A stretch of DNA of 64,000 bases. It comes from Tubiluchus corallicola. Its lineage: Eukaryota > Animalia > Priapulida. Below are positions 51,811-64,000 of the stretch, piece after piece (the stretch's first letter is position 1; every line of letters starts with the position of its first letter). The DNA lies in the NCBI GenBank assembly GCA_030141605.1, contig JAQGDQ010000350.1, forward strand, positions 185,489-249,488. Direction: 5' to 3'. The notes beneath the pieces were generated by a model. That model had not been told where the DNA came from. It did no database searches and saw nothing but the letters and a program-made list of their open reading frames with translations. The position numbers and the translations under genes were made by a program.

Positions 51811-54800
51811 ATGTCTTCATCTTCACAGCCTTTACCGCCGCGTGAAAATACGCTATTTAAAAGAATTTTGGTAAGGAGTTTGTAACACAAAGGAATTATT
51901 AACATGTGTATTAATTCTGATTGAGTTTTGATTGAAATGTTAGTCATTATATTTAGTATTCCGTGACTTAGTTTAAGCCATACAGAGGTGCCCTTGATTT
52001 TCTGTTAAGTTGTAATTTTGTAACTTTGTGTTCAGGTGACTGAGATTATAGGATTATTTCATATTCAGTTCAGTTCCAGGCCTCAAACCTATGTTATAAT
52101 AATCTCTTCAGTTACCATCATACTTCTTGGTGTTTCTGGGTATAATTGATTGCTCTGCTTCAAACGCTTTTTTTAAAACATTCACGTTGTTAACGCTAAA
52201 GTAAAGAACTCATTTAGATTGTTCCAAGATGCTAACAATCTCTGCCTGAAGAAACTGCTTTTTTTATATCTTTCTTCAACCATGGTACCAAAACTGGGCA
52301 ATATATATAATCAACAGTAGGTCTTATTCTTAAAGTTGCTCATTTATTACCATTCAAAAATGAAGGCCATAATCTATTTAGATCTCATTGTGGAATGTCA
52401 CGGTCAGCTTTTGCAGTGGTTTCCATAGATTTTACAAACATCCGTAAAAAAATTGGTTTTACTCACAGTGCAGTCAGGTAAATCATTTATGTATAAAATG
52501 AATAAAATTGGTCCAAGAATGGTTCCTTGTGGAACACCGGAAATCATGTGTGCCGTCTGACTGAACATTGCCTATAACTATAGAAATGAAAGTTTTATCC
52601 AATTAGAGACTTTGCCAGCAATGCCTAGGTTATATATTTTAAGTATTAAATGTTTTTGGGAACAGAATTAAAAGCTTAGGCAGAATCTGTCCATGCTCAT
52701 ACTTGGTTTATGATTTGACCACACCTGTTGTGCAAGCATTCAAACATTTGTGTGAAACAAGAACAGTTTCTTTAAAAACTGTGCTGATAGCATAGTTATA
52801 ATGCTATAATCAGTACAGTAATTTACAATAGGATAAATTATAATTTTCTCCAGAATTTTAACAACTTGACATGTTATAGAAATGGGTATGTATGATTTTC
52901 TGCTTGTGTAAACTTGTTTGGAACGTTTTTTTGTATCGGGAAATCTTAGCATCTAGCCAGTCACTGGGAAGATTGCTTATATAACAGATTCTTTAAATAG
53001 TAAATGTGGCAGAGAAGCCAAATTTAAAACATTTTTAAGATGAAGGCATGGATATCATGATTATCATCTGTGCCTGTCGATTTATAAGGTTGATTTTTAT
53101 GCTTTAGGCCTGTATTTCTTACATTGGTAACTGACAAGTGATTATTATTTGGTGCTTTAAAATTTCTATTAGAGGTTAATTCAGGAAGATTCTCTTATCA
53201 GGCTCAACAGCCAGAAACAGTAGAAACATTAACATCTGATCTGGCATATGGTTACATATATTTTGAAGTTCTTGCTAATAAAAAATTATAATTGTTTTAT
53301 CATGTCTTTCATCATTTTGCAATGTGATTCAGTGATGTCTGCATATTATAAGTTCCATCACTTTAAACGCTGAATTCGATTGGCCAGTTGTAAGGGATGA
53401 ACTGTAGACTGTCTTGACCAGTGTAGGAAATGTGGTGGTCTAGGGGTCTTAAGCATCTGTGCTGTAATCAGAAGCGCCCTGGTTCATATCCCGGCCGCTT
53501 TTTTTGCATTTCCTGTTTTTCAAATTTGGTTTTACGTTTGACTAATTATGGTTTTGTACATCATTGAACCTAAATTATTATAGGAAATATTGCTAGGTGA
53601 ATTCTGTTAAAACTGAGAATAAAATTTTGAAACGAGTAAATATTATATTTTGGTTTTCATCGTAATTTGCTTCAAGAAAATAGTGAATGAAAATTCACAT
53701 TCCGTAACAGTTGACATTTATAATTTGAACTTGACTTTATGGTTGCATAAGAAGAAAACCGAAGTAGAAACTGTGGTTAAAAAAAAAGGTACTTTATTTC
53801 GTCAATATTTTGTTACTTGTGTATGATAAGCTATAAAGTTAAACTTGGTTTTAATGAGTCACATCAATGGACTTGGCAGGAGCAAAATGAAACCTCATGA
53901 TGTTGACAAAAGTACGGACAGTGTGCTGTTGTTTAGAAAACTACAGTAACTTTTGTCTACTATTCTCAACTACAGTCAACCTCGGATATAAGGGACGCCT
54001 CCTGACCGGAAAAAATCGTCCCTTATAGCCGAAGTTGAGTCAGACCGAGGGTGCAGAAATGCGAGATGTATGTGACCGCGGAAACCGAGCTGTTGGAAGG
54101 CTGAGTTTGCGAAAAATTGAGTTTAAAAATCGATTTGATCATAGGGTCCCTTATATACAAGGTAATTTACCTGAGTACCTATTACGTGCGACCTGAAGAT
54201 ATCGTCCCTTATAACTGAAAGTCCCTAATATCCCGAGTACCTTATATACGAAGATTTTTATAAGAACGAAGATTTATTTATGACGAAAAATCGGGACCAG
54301 TGTTGGTGGTGCCTTATAAGCAAATCTCCCTTATAAGTGAGTACCTTATACCTGAGGTTGACTGCCCCATTAATGCTGACCATGAAGCACTTGACGACGG
54401 ATGACGCTTGTGTACTTATACTGTTCATCTATTTCAGAAATGCTATGAACATAAGCAGTACAAAAATGGCCTGAAGTTTGCAAAGATAATTCTTTCAAAT
54501 CCAAAGTTTGCCGAACACGGAGGTGAGTAGAGTAAGCACTTTTAGGCATCGAAGGGAGTTGATTAAGTACTTTTACGCATGGAGGTGATTTGAGTAAGCA
54601 CTTTTGTGTGTGGGGATTTAACGTCTAGGAGAAAAGGGTAAGTTGGGTAAATACTACTAAAATCTCAGAAAAATGCTACCAAAAATTATGAAAAGTTTCA
54701 CTTACGAAACGTGATAATTTTTGAGGAAAATCTAACTGAACCGAAATTGCAATTATTGGTAAAATTTCATTTCGGTAACATCCCTGCTTGAATATTGTTA

Positions 54801-57800
54801 CTGCTAACACTAATCAACTGCAGGTGTTTACTTCCTCTACAAATTTTGTCTCGTGGAAAACTTTTCATTCATGTTACACAATCTTCCAATACAATACTGA
54901 GCATATATATATATACTATATATATATAATAATCTTTATTTGCCATAAAGAATCGATATTCATAACTATAAAAGCATAAAAGAACATCGCAGCATTAGAA
55001 TAAAATTCACACAACTGTTAAAGTCAAATGCGTCCAGTGCGAACTAAAAACTACTGTGCCAAAAATTTAAAACAAAATATACGTTATAATATTACACGGA
55101 AATTATAAAATACTGAGTATCTACTATAGATCGGCCAGAATCATTTTATGCCCAAGCAATAAGTGTTTAACTTTTTCCATAACGTGTTTTAATTCTTTCT
55201 TAATGTTTATTTACTTTGTAAATGTCTGCTATACAAAAAAACTATTTTCACAAATGTGTTTATTTGTAAATTAAAGTACAAAAACAACCGTTCTCTTAAT
55301 ATGGTCATTTTGTTCTCCAGAAACGCTGGCTATGAAGGGGCTAACTCTAAACTGCCTCGGTCGCAAAGAGGAGGCATTTGAACACGTACGGAGGGGTCTG
55401 AGAAACGACGTTCGTAGTCATGTCTGCTGGCACGTGTACGGGTTGCTGCAGCGGTCTGAGAAACAATACGAAGAGGCTCTGAAGTGTTACCGTAACGCGT
55501 TAAAGATAGACAAAGATAACATTCAGATACTACGAGATCGAGCGCTACTGCAGATACAGATGAGGGATCTTGAGGGTTACCGGGACACAAGATATCAGTT
55601 GCTGATCCTGCGACCGACGCAACGGGCATCTTGGATAGGATATGCAATGTCATATCACCTGCTGAAAGATTACGACACGGCGCTGAGTATTTTGGAGGAA
55701 TTCCGTAAAACCACACAGCACTCGGTAATATTTTGTGTGTTCAGTATGGAGGGTTAATGACTAGTGATGGAAGGTGTTTACAATTCCACAAACAATTTAA
55801 ATACCCTAATTCTAACCCTAACCTAACCTCACCCTGAACCCTAACCCCAACCCTAACCCCAATCTGTTTCACGAACTCATTTCTTGTGTGTGGGGGAATT
55901 GTAAACTTTAGCCATTAGTGATCACCTAATGTAAATGTTTTTGCATTATTTTTGCATATTTTTGAATAATTTAACAATGTTGCAACCAGTTTTTTCAAAG
56001 TGTGGTTCTCACTAAATGTGCATGATTAGACCGTAATATCTCTTTTTATATAAGTTGCATCACACAAAGCCACTAGCCACGGATCCTAAGAGGCTTCAGG
56101 AAATGTGGATGCAGAGCCATTAAATAAAATTTTGGTATCAAATTATTTAGTGATAAGATATACCTTTAACCACGTAACGTTCTTTTTGAAGTGGGTGATG
56201 ATGTACTTGTCAGGTAACAATTTTTTGACAAAGAATCCCGCAAATAAAAGGCCCAAAGAGAAAAAATGGAGGGCACTTAATGCACAAATATATATCGGAT
56301 TTGGTCCTAATCTACTACGACCCGACAGTCAAGGATATTTTTTTGAATATTGCACAATATTAAGTGAAAGAGGGGGTCACTATATGCGCTTGTTGCAAAC
56401 TTGAGGTACTAGCAGTACTTTGTGTCATCTTTTTGGCTGAACCAGATAAGCATGCACACTTTCGTGTAAATGGCATGTGGTCGGTACATGTTTCCTCGAG
56501 GCGATATTAATCTCCGTCTTGCAGTTTCATATAGTGTATAAAAAACTCTTTGCCTCGTGTATGGGTGGCCTTTTGGGGAAATACTTCTGGGTGGCATGCA
56601 ATTTCCGATTCACAGCCAGTCTTAATGAATCCTGATGTAGCAACGTTTCATCTTAATTATGACACTATTCACTTTATTGATGATTGGTTTGCTTTAATGA
56701 TGAAATTTCGCCTTAGTGTTATGAAGATTTTGATTGTCATGTTGGCACTTTATAAAACTGCTAGCTTTGTACGTCTGAAAAGATACAGACTAGCAGCATT
56801 GTCTTTCCCCTTAAACCTTTATCTTTGGTAATGAACTAGATTCCAGGCTAGCATTTAACATTAGTAGTACTGCTTAATGGTGAATTGTAGTTTACAGTGT
56901 GTGAAACAACTTATATAAATACTGCAAAATCATAAGCATTTCTAGATAAAAACTATTTTGTAAATAATAGTGTGTGAGCTAGGTCTGAGACGGTTAACCG
57001 TTTAATCGACCGCCAAGTGGTGTAACCCTTTAGAAAATCACTTAACGTTACTTAACCAAGATTTCTACGTATCCGTAGTAATGGAACTCCGCCCCGATCC
57101 CGATTACACAAAATTGTATTATTTACAACATTGTTTCAATTAATCTGGTTGTTTAAGAAACATCTAAACGGTAAATTCCAAAACGTTTTTCACTCGCGTA
57201 CGTTACCTGGATGCCGCCATGTTGGACATTCTCACTGGCGCATGCTAAATTTGAACCGCACCGCTTACTCGTACAACTCGCGTGTATTTGATGTTTTCTT
57301 ATTTGTATGATGACATCGTGAACGGTTAAGCGACTGCTATTCATAATGGTTAATTAAAAAAGCTAACCTTCTCAACTCTAGTGTGAACACGACAAGCATT
57401 TTTATTGGTTGTTCTAGATCTTGAGAGAAAGTTATTGTCGATTCTGTTTATTTCTGCAGGTAAAAGTTTACGACTACGAGCACAGTGAATTGCTGCTGTA
57501 TCAATGTCAAGTGATGCGTGAAGCCAGCATGCTGGAGGAAGCACTTAAACATCTTGAAAAATATGAACATCAAATCGTAGACAAGCTGTACATTAGCGAA
57601 GCGCGTGGTACGTACTGTACACTTGTTTTTGTTCATGGGGATTAGTCAGGTGATTGGGGCCTCCGATTTTCCGTTTCAAATTTGACCAAATTCTGTTTTA
57701 AAGAATCGTCAGTTCCGTTTTGATTTCACTTCCCAGAAATTAGGGATGTGACGAACCTGAAATTACCGAATCCAAATCTATGCCAAATCTCATTTTCACA

Positions 57801-60800
57801 ATAATTTTTGAATTCCGATCGAATCCGAATCTCAGTTTAAAATAACTTTCGAAACCGAATCGAGTTTGAATCTCAGTTTTTCGGATTGTTTTTTCAACCA
57901 AAATCTTTTTCGAATCTGCGCAGTTTTCAATCAAATTATGGCAGATTGGTAAGACAGCAGTGTTTTTCATGACGATTACAGGTGAGCTGAGGCTGTCTGA
58001 GCAGCACGTTTGACAGTAATTCTGCAATAATAAAGACTATAGGTGATCTAATTATTTTGTAACTGATTTTTTCTGCCGATGACTAACAATATAAAATGAT
58101 CTGATAGTCAAAAAATTCCTTGGGGTGCTTGTATCTACACTCCATGAGTGCGTGTAATGTGGATGACAAAACACCACATTCGTCTAAGCCACATCATGCG
58201 TTGTTAGCGAAGCCAAGTTCTCTCAAAGTAATTTGAGAAATCTTGGCATTTTTGTTGCAACTGGCAGTTAAAATCGTAATGCGAAGCATTGATGCTCGCT
58301 TCCGCATAGGATTTCATTAGCTGGACACATGCTGTCACTGGATATGGCGACGTCTGCATATTTTAATCAGGGCAAAATTATCAAAAAAAGGCAGAGAGAG
58401 TTCAGGATTTTGCCGAAAAATTTAAAGGTGAATGAGCGTATGATACTTTTATTACAAAGCGCTACTGAATCACCTCTGTAGCCGAAGCTAAACCGGATTT
58501 TTTTCATAAGTCTCTGCCGAATCGGGTCGTATTTAAAGTAACTTAGAACTTCAGAGGATCGAATCGAATCAAAACTCTGATTCGATTTCAAAGCTCTATT
58601 TCTGTCGGAGGTTCGTGACATCCCTAGCAGAAATTAGAAGCTATGTGGCCCTGTGACTAGTATTTATCATCAAATTCTGTGATGTGTGATAGATTGTAAT
58701 TAAAAAAATAAATTTTTATATGAGCTAAGTATGTAGTCTATCAGATATTTGTGAATGGCTAAGATAAACTAAGGATGCCAACATTTAATTCGCACACAAA
58801 AGTTACAGCAGAATATCCTATCACGTTCGTGCAAATCATCGGGAAGTTTCCTGGCTAGCTGTCGCATGCATAACGTTGTCAGATCGTGTTTGTGTGAGCA
58901 GGGGAAATCTTTCCACAAACGTACTGCTATTCGCAACAAGCTTGCACTAAAAATTTCCCATATTTCTCGTGACAAATGCAAAATCAAAGTGAAAATACGA
59001 AGGCAAGCTGCATAAAAAATAAAACTCCGGGAAGAACTTCTATTAAGGTTGCAAGAGGCTGAAAAAACTGCTTAGTTTTGCCGGAAAGTAACAAGCGAAG
59101 AAAATTCCGTCTCTAATATGCATTAAATTTGCAGAAAACTTGGAAGTCAGAGTATTTCCATTTTTCGTGGCTATTTCCGTTTTAGTTGCCCATTTCCGTG
59201 AATTCCGTCCTTTTTTCACGATCGCAGCACATCAGAGGCCCTAGGTGACTGACGTGCAATACAAACTGTTGAACAGTCAGTTTGTAAAGACTTTTATTTT
59301 ACGCATTAGATTACCCCTTCGAGATGATGATCTGCAGTGAGCAGTTAGCAGCAAGATTTTTTTGGAAAAAAATTGATTTCTCGTTTGTCCCAGGCTAAAA
59401 AAGTATATCAAACATCATTCCACAAGTTTGTAATTTTATTCGTGTGGATAAATTCTTGCTCGTGTACCGCGCATTTCTGAAATTTTTGTTTTTTGAGCAG
59501 TCTTTGTCTTTTATTTAATTTGGCTTGTTGAATATCTGGGCATATACCAAACACCTGTGCCTGTCACCATACAAAAATACCTTATTTGTATCAATGAGTT
59601 TCTTGTAATATATTTCTTATGTTTGTTTTCAGCTGAAATCTACCTGAACTTGGGAGAGAAAGAGAAGGCTGAGGCACAATACCGGGATCTCATTTGCAGG
59701 AACAAGGAGAACTGGGCGTATTACAAAGGTGTAGAGCAGTCCATAGAAGCAGGTAATTAAAGATTATTACTTTTCAATTGGGCTGAGACGGTTAAACGTT
59801 TAATCAATTGCTAACTGGTGTAACTGTTTAGAAAATCACTAATGTTTACATAGCCAAGTTTTCTACGTATCCGTATTAATGAAACCTTGTATATTTTCTG
59901 AGAATGCATACGCAGTTAGCAATGTACCACTTGCATAAAAGTGTACTATTTACAACGTTGTTTCAATTAATCTGGCTGTCTAGGAAGCATCTAAACTGTA
60001 AATTATAAAACGTTTTTCACTCGCGTATGTTACCAGGATGCCGCCATGTTGGACATTCTCACGGGCGCACTGCTAAATTTGAACCCGCACCGCTTACTCA
60101 TACAACTCGTGTGTTTTCGATAGTTTTTTATATGCATGACGTCATCGGACAGTTAAACATTAATTGACCCGCAATTAACAACGTTTAAACGGTTAGTTAA
60201 AAGCTTAACCATCTCAGCCCTACTTTTTAGTATGTGTATTGTAGTCACAAATGATGTGATTTCAATGGATCCTTCTGATGACGGCTGCCGTACTCGGTCG
60301 TTGATGCAGAGTCAACGTGATCAAAACTGATAGACTACAGTACACATTAATTTCTCAAGGTTTTGTGGTGCAGCATATACAGCTAATAAGCATCCGACAT
60401 AAATGTGCTAAATTTCGAAATTGATTCATGTAATTGATCTCGCATATTGATATTTTGATAATAAATTCATTTTAAAGGAAAGAACAAGTCACTCAGTATG
60501 TTGGGTTTGCTTTACTGTTATCACCCAAACTTAGAAAAATATAGCAAAGAAATTTGCAAAGAACTGCCTATAAGTCATAAATTTAAAATATACTACCCCT
60601 GAATAGAAATTTTCGGGCGTGGTGGTTGCTGCCATTCACTTGAAGATCGTGACTTAATTGGTCGACTTCGTGACTTTCCGTAAGCACGCACTGCTTAAAC
60701 TCATTCAAACTTCTGCAGCTTAAATAATGCTTATGCAAAAATATTTCAAAATTAGTTATCTGATTTTTTTGTAAAAACTTATACTTTTGGTGAAGATTGA

Positions 60801-62062
60801 CAGTGCGCTACTTTTTTTCAAGATTAATGACGTCATTGGAAGAAGAATGGGCATTGAAAATGGGAGCTCCCAACATGAAGTGATCGCAACTTTAAAGTGA
60901 TTTTACTAATTACACGAGGCGCTTATCGCAGTTTTATTACTAAATCTTTCTAACATTTTTTGTGAACATTGAAATAAGTCTAACCTCCTAGAAGGCTTGA
61001 CTTTTCCTTTAATTAATGGCTGCTTACTATTTTTTGTGAACATTGAAATAAGTCTAACCTCCTAGAAGGCTTGACTTTTCCTTTAATTAATGGCTGCTTA
61101 CTATTGTTTACTTTGTTTTGTGGGAAAATTGACAGCTTAGTATAAGAAATTTAAAGCAGGGGCAGAATTTTGATGCTGATACCTGCATCCATTCTCCTAA
61201 ACATTCGCGTCAATGCCCACTACCGCGAATGTAGTTAGATTCACGCAGGTCTTACCTGAACGGAAAAAAAAAGAAATATTGGCAGTTATCTGATTTGTTT
61301 CCTTCTATGCCTTATGCTGCCATATTAGTTACCTCACAAGTTTCTTTGCGCTTTTCATTCAGACTTGCACGTAAAAGTCGTAGGGTTCTGCGTTCGTTAC
61401 CAAACTTGTGGTAGATGGTGAAAGTTTGGAAATGGCCGATTTGTCAAGTTAACAGCAAAATAATTCGTATTTCACGTAAATATAGAGCAACTCTTGTTTC
61501 AAATGCTTGTGCTACATTTTTTGATGAAGGAAAATGATGATTGTTGTTCACTGACAAAGAGAAGACACAATAAAATTCTAAATGGCTTGGAGTTTGAATC
61601 ATTAAATGTTAGCTCCCATTCTGAAAAAGATGTTAGTACTGATAGTGATTAATTCTTATAATAATCTCTTCAGTCATTACTGTTTCAATACTTATAATTC
61701 ATCGTACTTGAGCTGTGCATTTTTGATCTTGATTCTCTGGATTGTTGTAAAATATCACAGCAAGAATCTGCTTAGATTCTAGCAAAATATAGTGAAATTC
61801 TGGTCCTGTAAAGGACTAGCTTTGTATAAATTTTTGTGCAGGTCTGTGAAGATATCTGCTTTCTCTCTCTAAATACAGACTCTGACCATGCAAATTATCG
61901 TAGTTTGTATAACTTTAGAGATGATTTTCTATCATTTATTGTCAAATATGTTGTTTCTGTGTTTAGACGATTACGAAGCAAAGTTACAGATGTACAAAGA
62001 ATTTAGTGAAAAATATCCTCGAGCTCAGGCTCCAAAACGACTTCCTCTCAACTTCACGTCAG
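51811..62062 (+). CDS. NAA15: N-alpha-acetyltransferase 15/16, NatA auxiliary subunit; first six exons, 3' part not in window
   Basis: Exons 51811-51870 ([20 protein letters not shown]), 54438-54522 ([16 protein letters not shown]...AEHG), 55321-55724 ([19 protein letters not shown]...[13 protein letters not shown]...), 57460-57607 ([11 protein letters not shown]), 59633-59752, 61967-62062 ([14 protein letters not shown]); GT-AG, in frame. Confidence 0.95.
52150..53300 (-). mobile_element. Decayed CR1/L2-group LINE reverse transcriptase fragment
   Basis: Minus-strand [24 protein letters not shown] (about 52470-52545) and [18 protein letters not shown], broken by stops and frameshifts; boundaries approximate. 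Confidence 0.8.
53395..53535 (+). repeat. tRNA-like/SINE-like dispersed repeat, related to about 31711-31850
   Basis: A-box-like tggtctagggg and B-box-like ggttcatatcc, then a T-run; shares ggatgaact..gactg and ttcctgt.tttcaa with the copy near 31.7 kb. Confidence 0.45.
53973..54364. mobile_element. pogo/Tigger-like (Tc1/mariner) MITE
   Basis: TIR cagtcaacctc / gaggttgactg; TA at the left end; internal ccttata repeats. Confidence 0.8.
55776..55906. repeat. Small inverted-repeat element containing degenerate (CCCTAA)n
   Basis: gtttacaattcc ... ggaattgtaaac flanking accctaa-type repeats at 55803-55862. Confidence 0.65.
56980..57380. mobile_element. hAT-type MITE, family C copy 1
   Basis: TIR taggtctgagacggtta / taaccttctcaactcta; TSD gtgtgagc/gtgtgaac; homologous to 59778-60222. 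Confidence 0.8.
57655..59243. mobile_element. hAT-type non-autonomous element hosting a nested MITE
   Basis: Ends gggcctccgat / atcagaggcccta; ttccgt subterminal repeats; flanks ggtgattg/ggtgactg. Confidence 0.65.
57741..58626. mobile_element. Nested hAT-type element
   Basis: TIR tagggatgtgacgaacc / ggttcgtgacatcccta; TSD ccagaaat/gcagaaat; cgaatc subterminal repeats. Confidence 0.85.
59778..60222. mobile_element. hAT-type MITE, family C copy 2
   Basis: gggctgagacggttaa / ttaaccatctcagcccta; internal homology to 56980-57380. Confidence 0.8.
60476..61105. mobile_element. Kolobok-like MITE with its right end tandemly duplicated (about 73 bp)
   Basis: ttaa|aggaaag ... cttttcct|ttaa; right end also resembles 34180-34292. 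Confidence 0.55.
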
Positions 62063-62221
62063 GTAAGCGTTCTTACCTGTTCAGAAATGAGCAGAAACAA
62101 TTAAGATAATCAGTTTCTACTTATGCTCAGGTACAATTAGGAAATCTTCACTTTAGCCTAAAGTTTTTAATTTTAATTTTGTGCTTTCGCACTCAGTATA
62201 CATAATGTTTTGATTTTTTAA

Positions 62222-62747
62222 AGGAAAACCGTACGATTGATTAGACCCAATCTCATTTTAATTTAGAATCCCGAAAGTCCATTTTAATGCCTATAAAAGT
62301 TAGCAATTGTTTCTAATATTTGAATAATTACCTTCGAAAGTTAATTAACGGCAGCGGAACACAGCTAACGCTTACGTCACAAACTAACCACAGTTTGTGC
62401 AACGGTAGGCATCTTCCCTGCGCGTCAAGCACGTTTGTGTAAACAAAGATTGCTGTAAGATGTGCAGAGCAAGGTGCTGTATGTCATGTCTACATCACAC
62501 TGATGTCAGAGACGAATGCTGCAGATCATAATCATGCCTATTTATCGTTCACGCAATTGTGACGAAAGGCGCCATTGTCAGTCTTAGTGGATACGCTGAA
62601 TCGCATATAACTTTGAAAGTTTAACATAATTTAATCTAACATTATTATTTAATCTAAGCCTTGATTTTAAAAAACTATTGTAGTGTTCAGTATTTTAGAA
62701 AATACTTTATTTTGATCTAATGTCTATACAATCGTCCAGCTTTTCCT
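62222..62747. mobile_element. Kolobok-like MITE (left arm of the palindrome; inverted copy at about 63222-63746)
   Basis: ttaa|aggaaaaccgtacgatt ... aatcgtccagcttttcct|ttca: imperfect TIRs with TTAA-type flanks. Confidence 0.6.
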
Positions 62748-62753
62748 TTCAAG

Positions 62754-63215
62754 CAGGGGTGTGCAAATTCTCTGACTAGCCGGGCCACAGGCAGTTTGAT
62801 CAAGGAGCCAAGTACAGAAAGGCCTAATAACGATTTTTTTGCATCCGACCTGCGTGCATCATTACTACTACACTCAAGAAACTATTTTAGAAGTTATTAA
62901 AATTTATATTACAAACCATATATTTCTACTTTCAGGACAGATAGTGGTAATTTCATTACAATGCATATTAGTAATGTGTATCACACAGTCTGTGTAGTAC
63001 AGTGACATTAAGCTACAACCGTCTTGTAAGGGTTAATGGCATCCGATCTAGTAGAAAAAACCCGCACTATCTTTGGGATCGTGGCACGGACTTCAGCTGG
63101 TTACGCTCAATTAATCGCCCGGGCCGCACTTTCATTAGGTTGACAAATCTCTTTTCGGGCTGCACAAATTCTCTCGGCGGGCCGCAAGTGGCCCGCGGGC
63201 CTTTGCACACCTCTG
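62754..63215. mobile_element. hAT-type MITE, family B copy 2, at the palindrome apex
   Basis: Same TIRs as 46594-47074 with inverted interior; flanks ctttcaag / ctttaaag. Confidence 0.9.
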
Positions 63216-64000
63216 CTTTAAAGAAAGCTGGACGATTGTATAGACATTAGATCAAAATAAAGTATTTTCTAAAATACTGAACACTACAATAGTTTTTTAA
63301 AATCAAGGCTTAGATTAAATAATAATGTTAGATTAAATTATGTTAAACTTTCAAAGTTATATGCGATTCAGCGTATCCACTAAGACTGACAATGGCGCCT
63401 TTCGTCACAATTGCGTGAACGATAAATAGGCATGATTATGATCTGCAGCATTCGTCTCTGACATCAGTGTGATGTAGACATGACATACAGCACCTTGCTC
63501 TGCACATCTTACAGCAATCTTTGTTTACACAAACGTGCTTGACGCGCAGGGAAGATGCCTACCATTTCATAAACTGTGGTTAGTTTGTGACGTGAGTGAT
63601 AACTGTGTTCGGTTGCTTTTAATTAACTTTCGAAGGTAATTATTCAAATATTAGAAACAATTGCTAACTTTTATAGGCATTAAAATGGACTTTCGGGATT
63701 CTAAATTAAAATGAGATTGGGTCTAATCAATCGTACGGTTTTCCTTTAAAAAATCAAAACATTATGTATACTGAGTGCGAAAGCACAAAATTAAAATTAA
63801 AAACTTTAGGCTAAAGTGAAGATTTCCTAATTGTACCTGAGCATAAGTAGAAACTGATTATCTTAATTGTTTCTGCTCATTTCTGAACAGGTAAGAACGC
63901 TTACCTGACGTGAAGTTGAGAGGAAGTCGTTTTGGAGCCTGAGCTCGAGGATATTTTTCACTAAATTCTTTGTACATCTGTAACTTTGCTTCGTAATCGT
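63216..64000 (-). repeat. Right arm of an inverted duplication of 61967-62753, including an antisense copy of NAA15 exon 6 (63905-64000)
   Basis: The window end ...tgtacatctgtaactttgcttcgtaatcgt is the reverse complement of acgattacgaagcaaagttacagatgtaca at 61967; the match continues across the whole arm. Confidence 0.95.

Noticed and set aside
53430-53500. Functional tRNA gene
   Set aside because: A/B-box-like motifs are present but no convincing cloverleaf, and flanks are shared with a diverged copy near 31.7 kb; treated as a repeat. tRNAscan-SE would settle it.
55803-55862. True telomere or chromosome-fusion scar
   Set aside because: Short, degenerate, intronic and enclosed by inverted repeats.

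Overview
AT-rich, intron-rich animal (invertebrate-type) genomic DNA; not prokaryotic. Left third: two tandemly duplicated, minus-strand, multi-exon trypsin-fold (S1A) serine protease genes. Copy 1 keeps catalytic His and Asp and its 3' end is off-window. Copy 2 has His->Arg and Ser->Ile and an apparently damaged penultimate exon. In copy 1 the splice acceptor plus first 27 codons of the catalytic-Asp exon is tandemly amplified 13 times (102-bp unit), and the end/donor of the His exon is also degenerately repeated. Middle: a near-intact BEL/Pao LTR retrotransposon (21180-31012) with two nested hAT-type elements in its leader. Right half: AIMP1/EMAP-II (+, 6 exons), RAB33 (-, 2 exons) and, head-to-head with it, the first 6 exons of NAA15/16 (+), among many MITEs and LINE remnants. 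The window ends in a large inverted duplication that includes an NAA15 exon, centred on a TTAA at the end of a Kolobok-like MITE, with a hAT MITE at the apex. All calls were read by eye from the sequence; no database searches were run.
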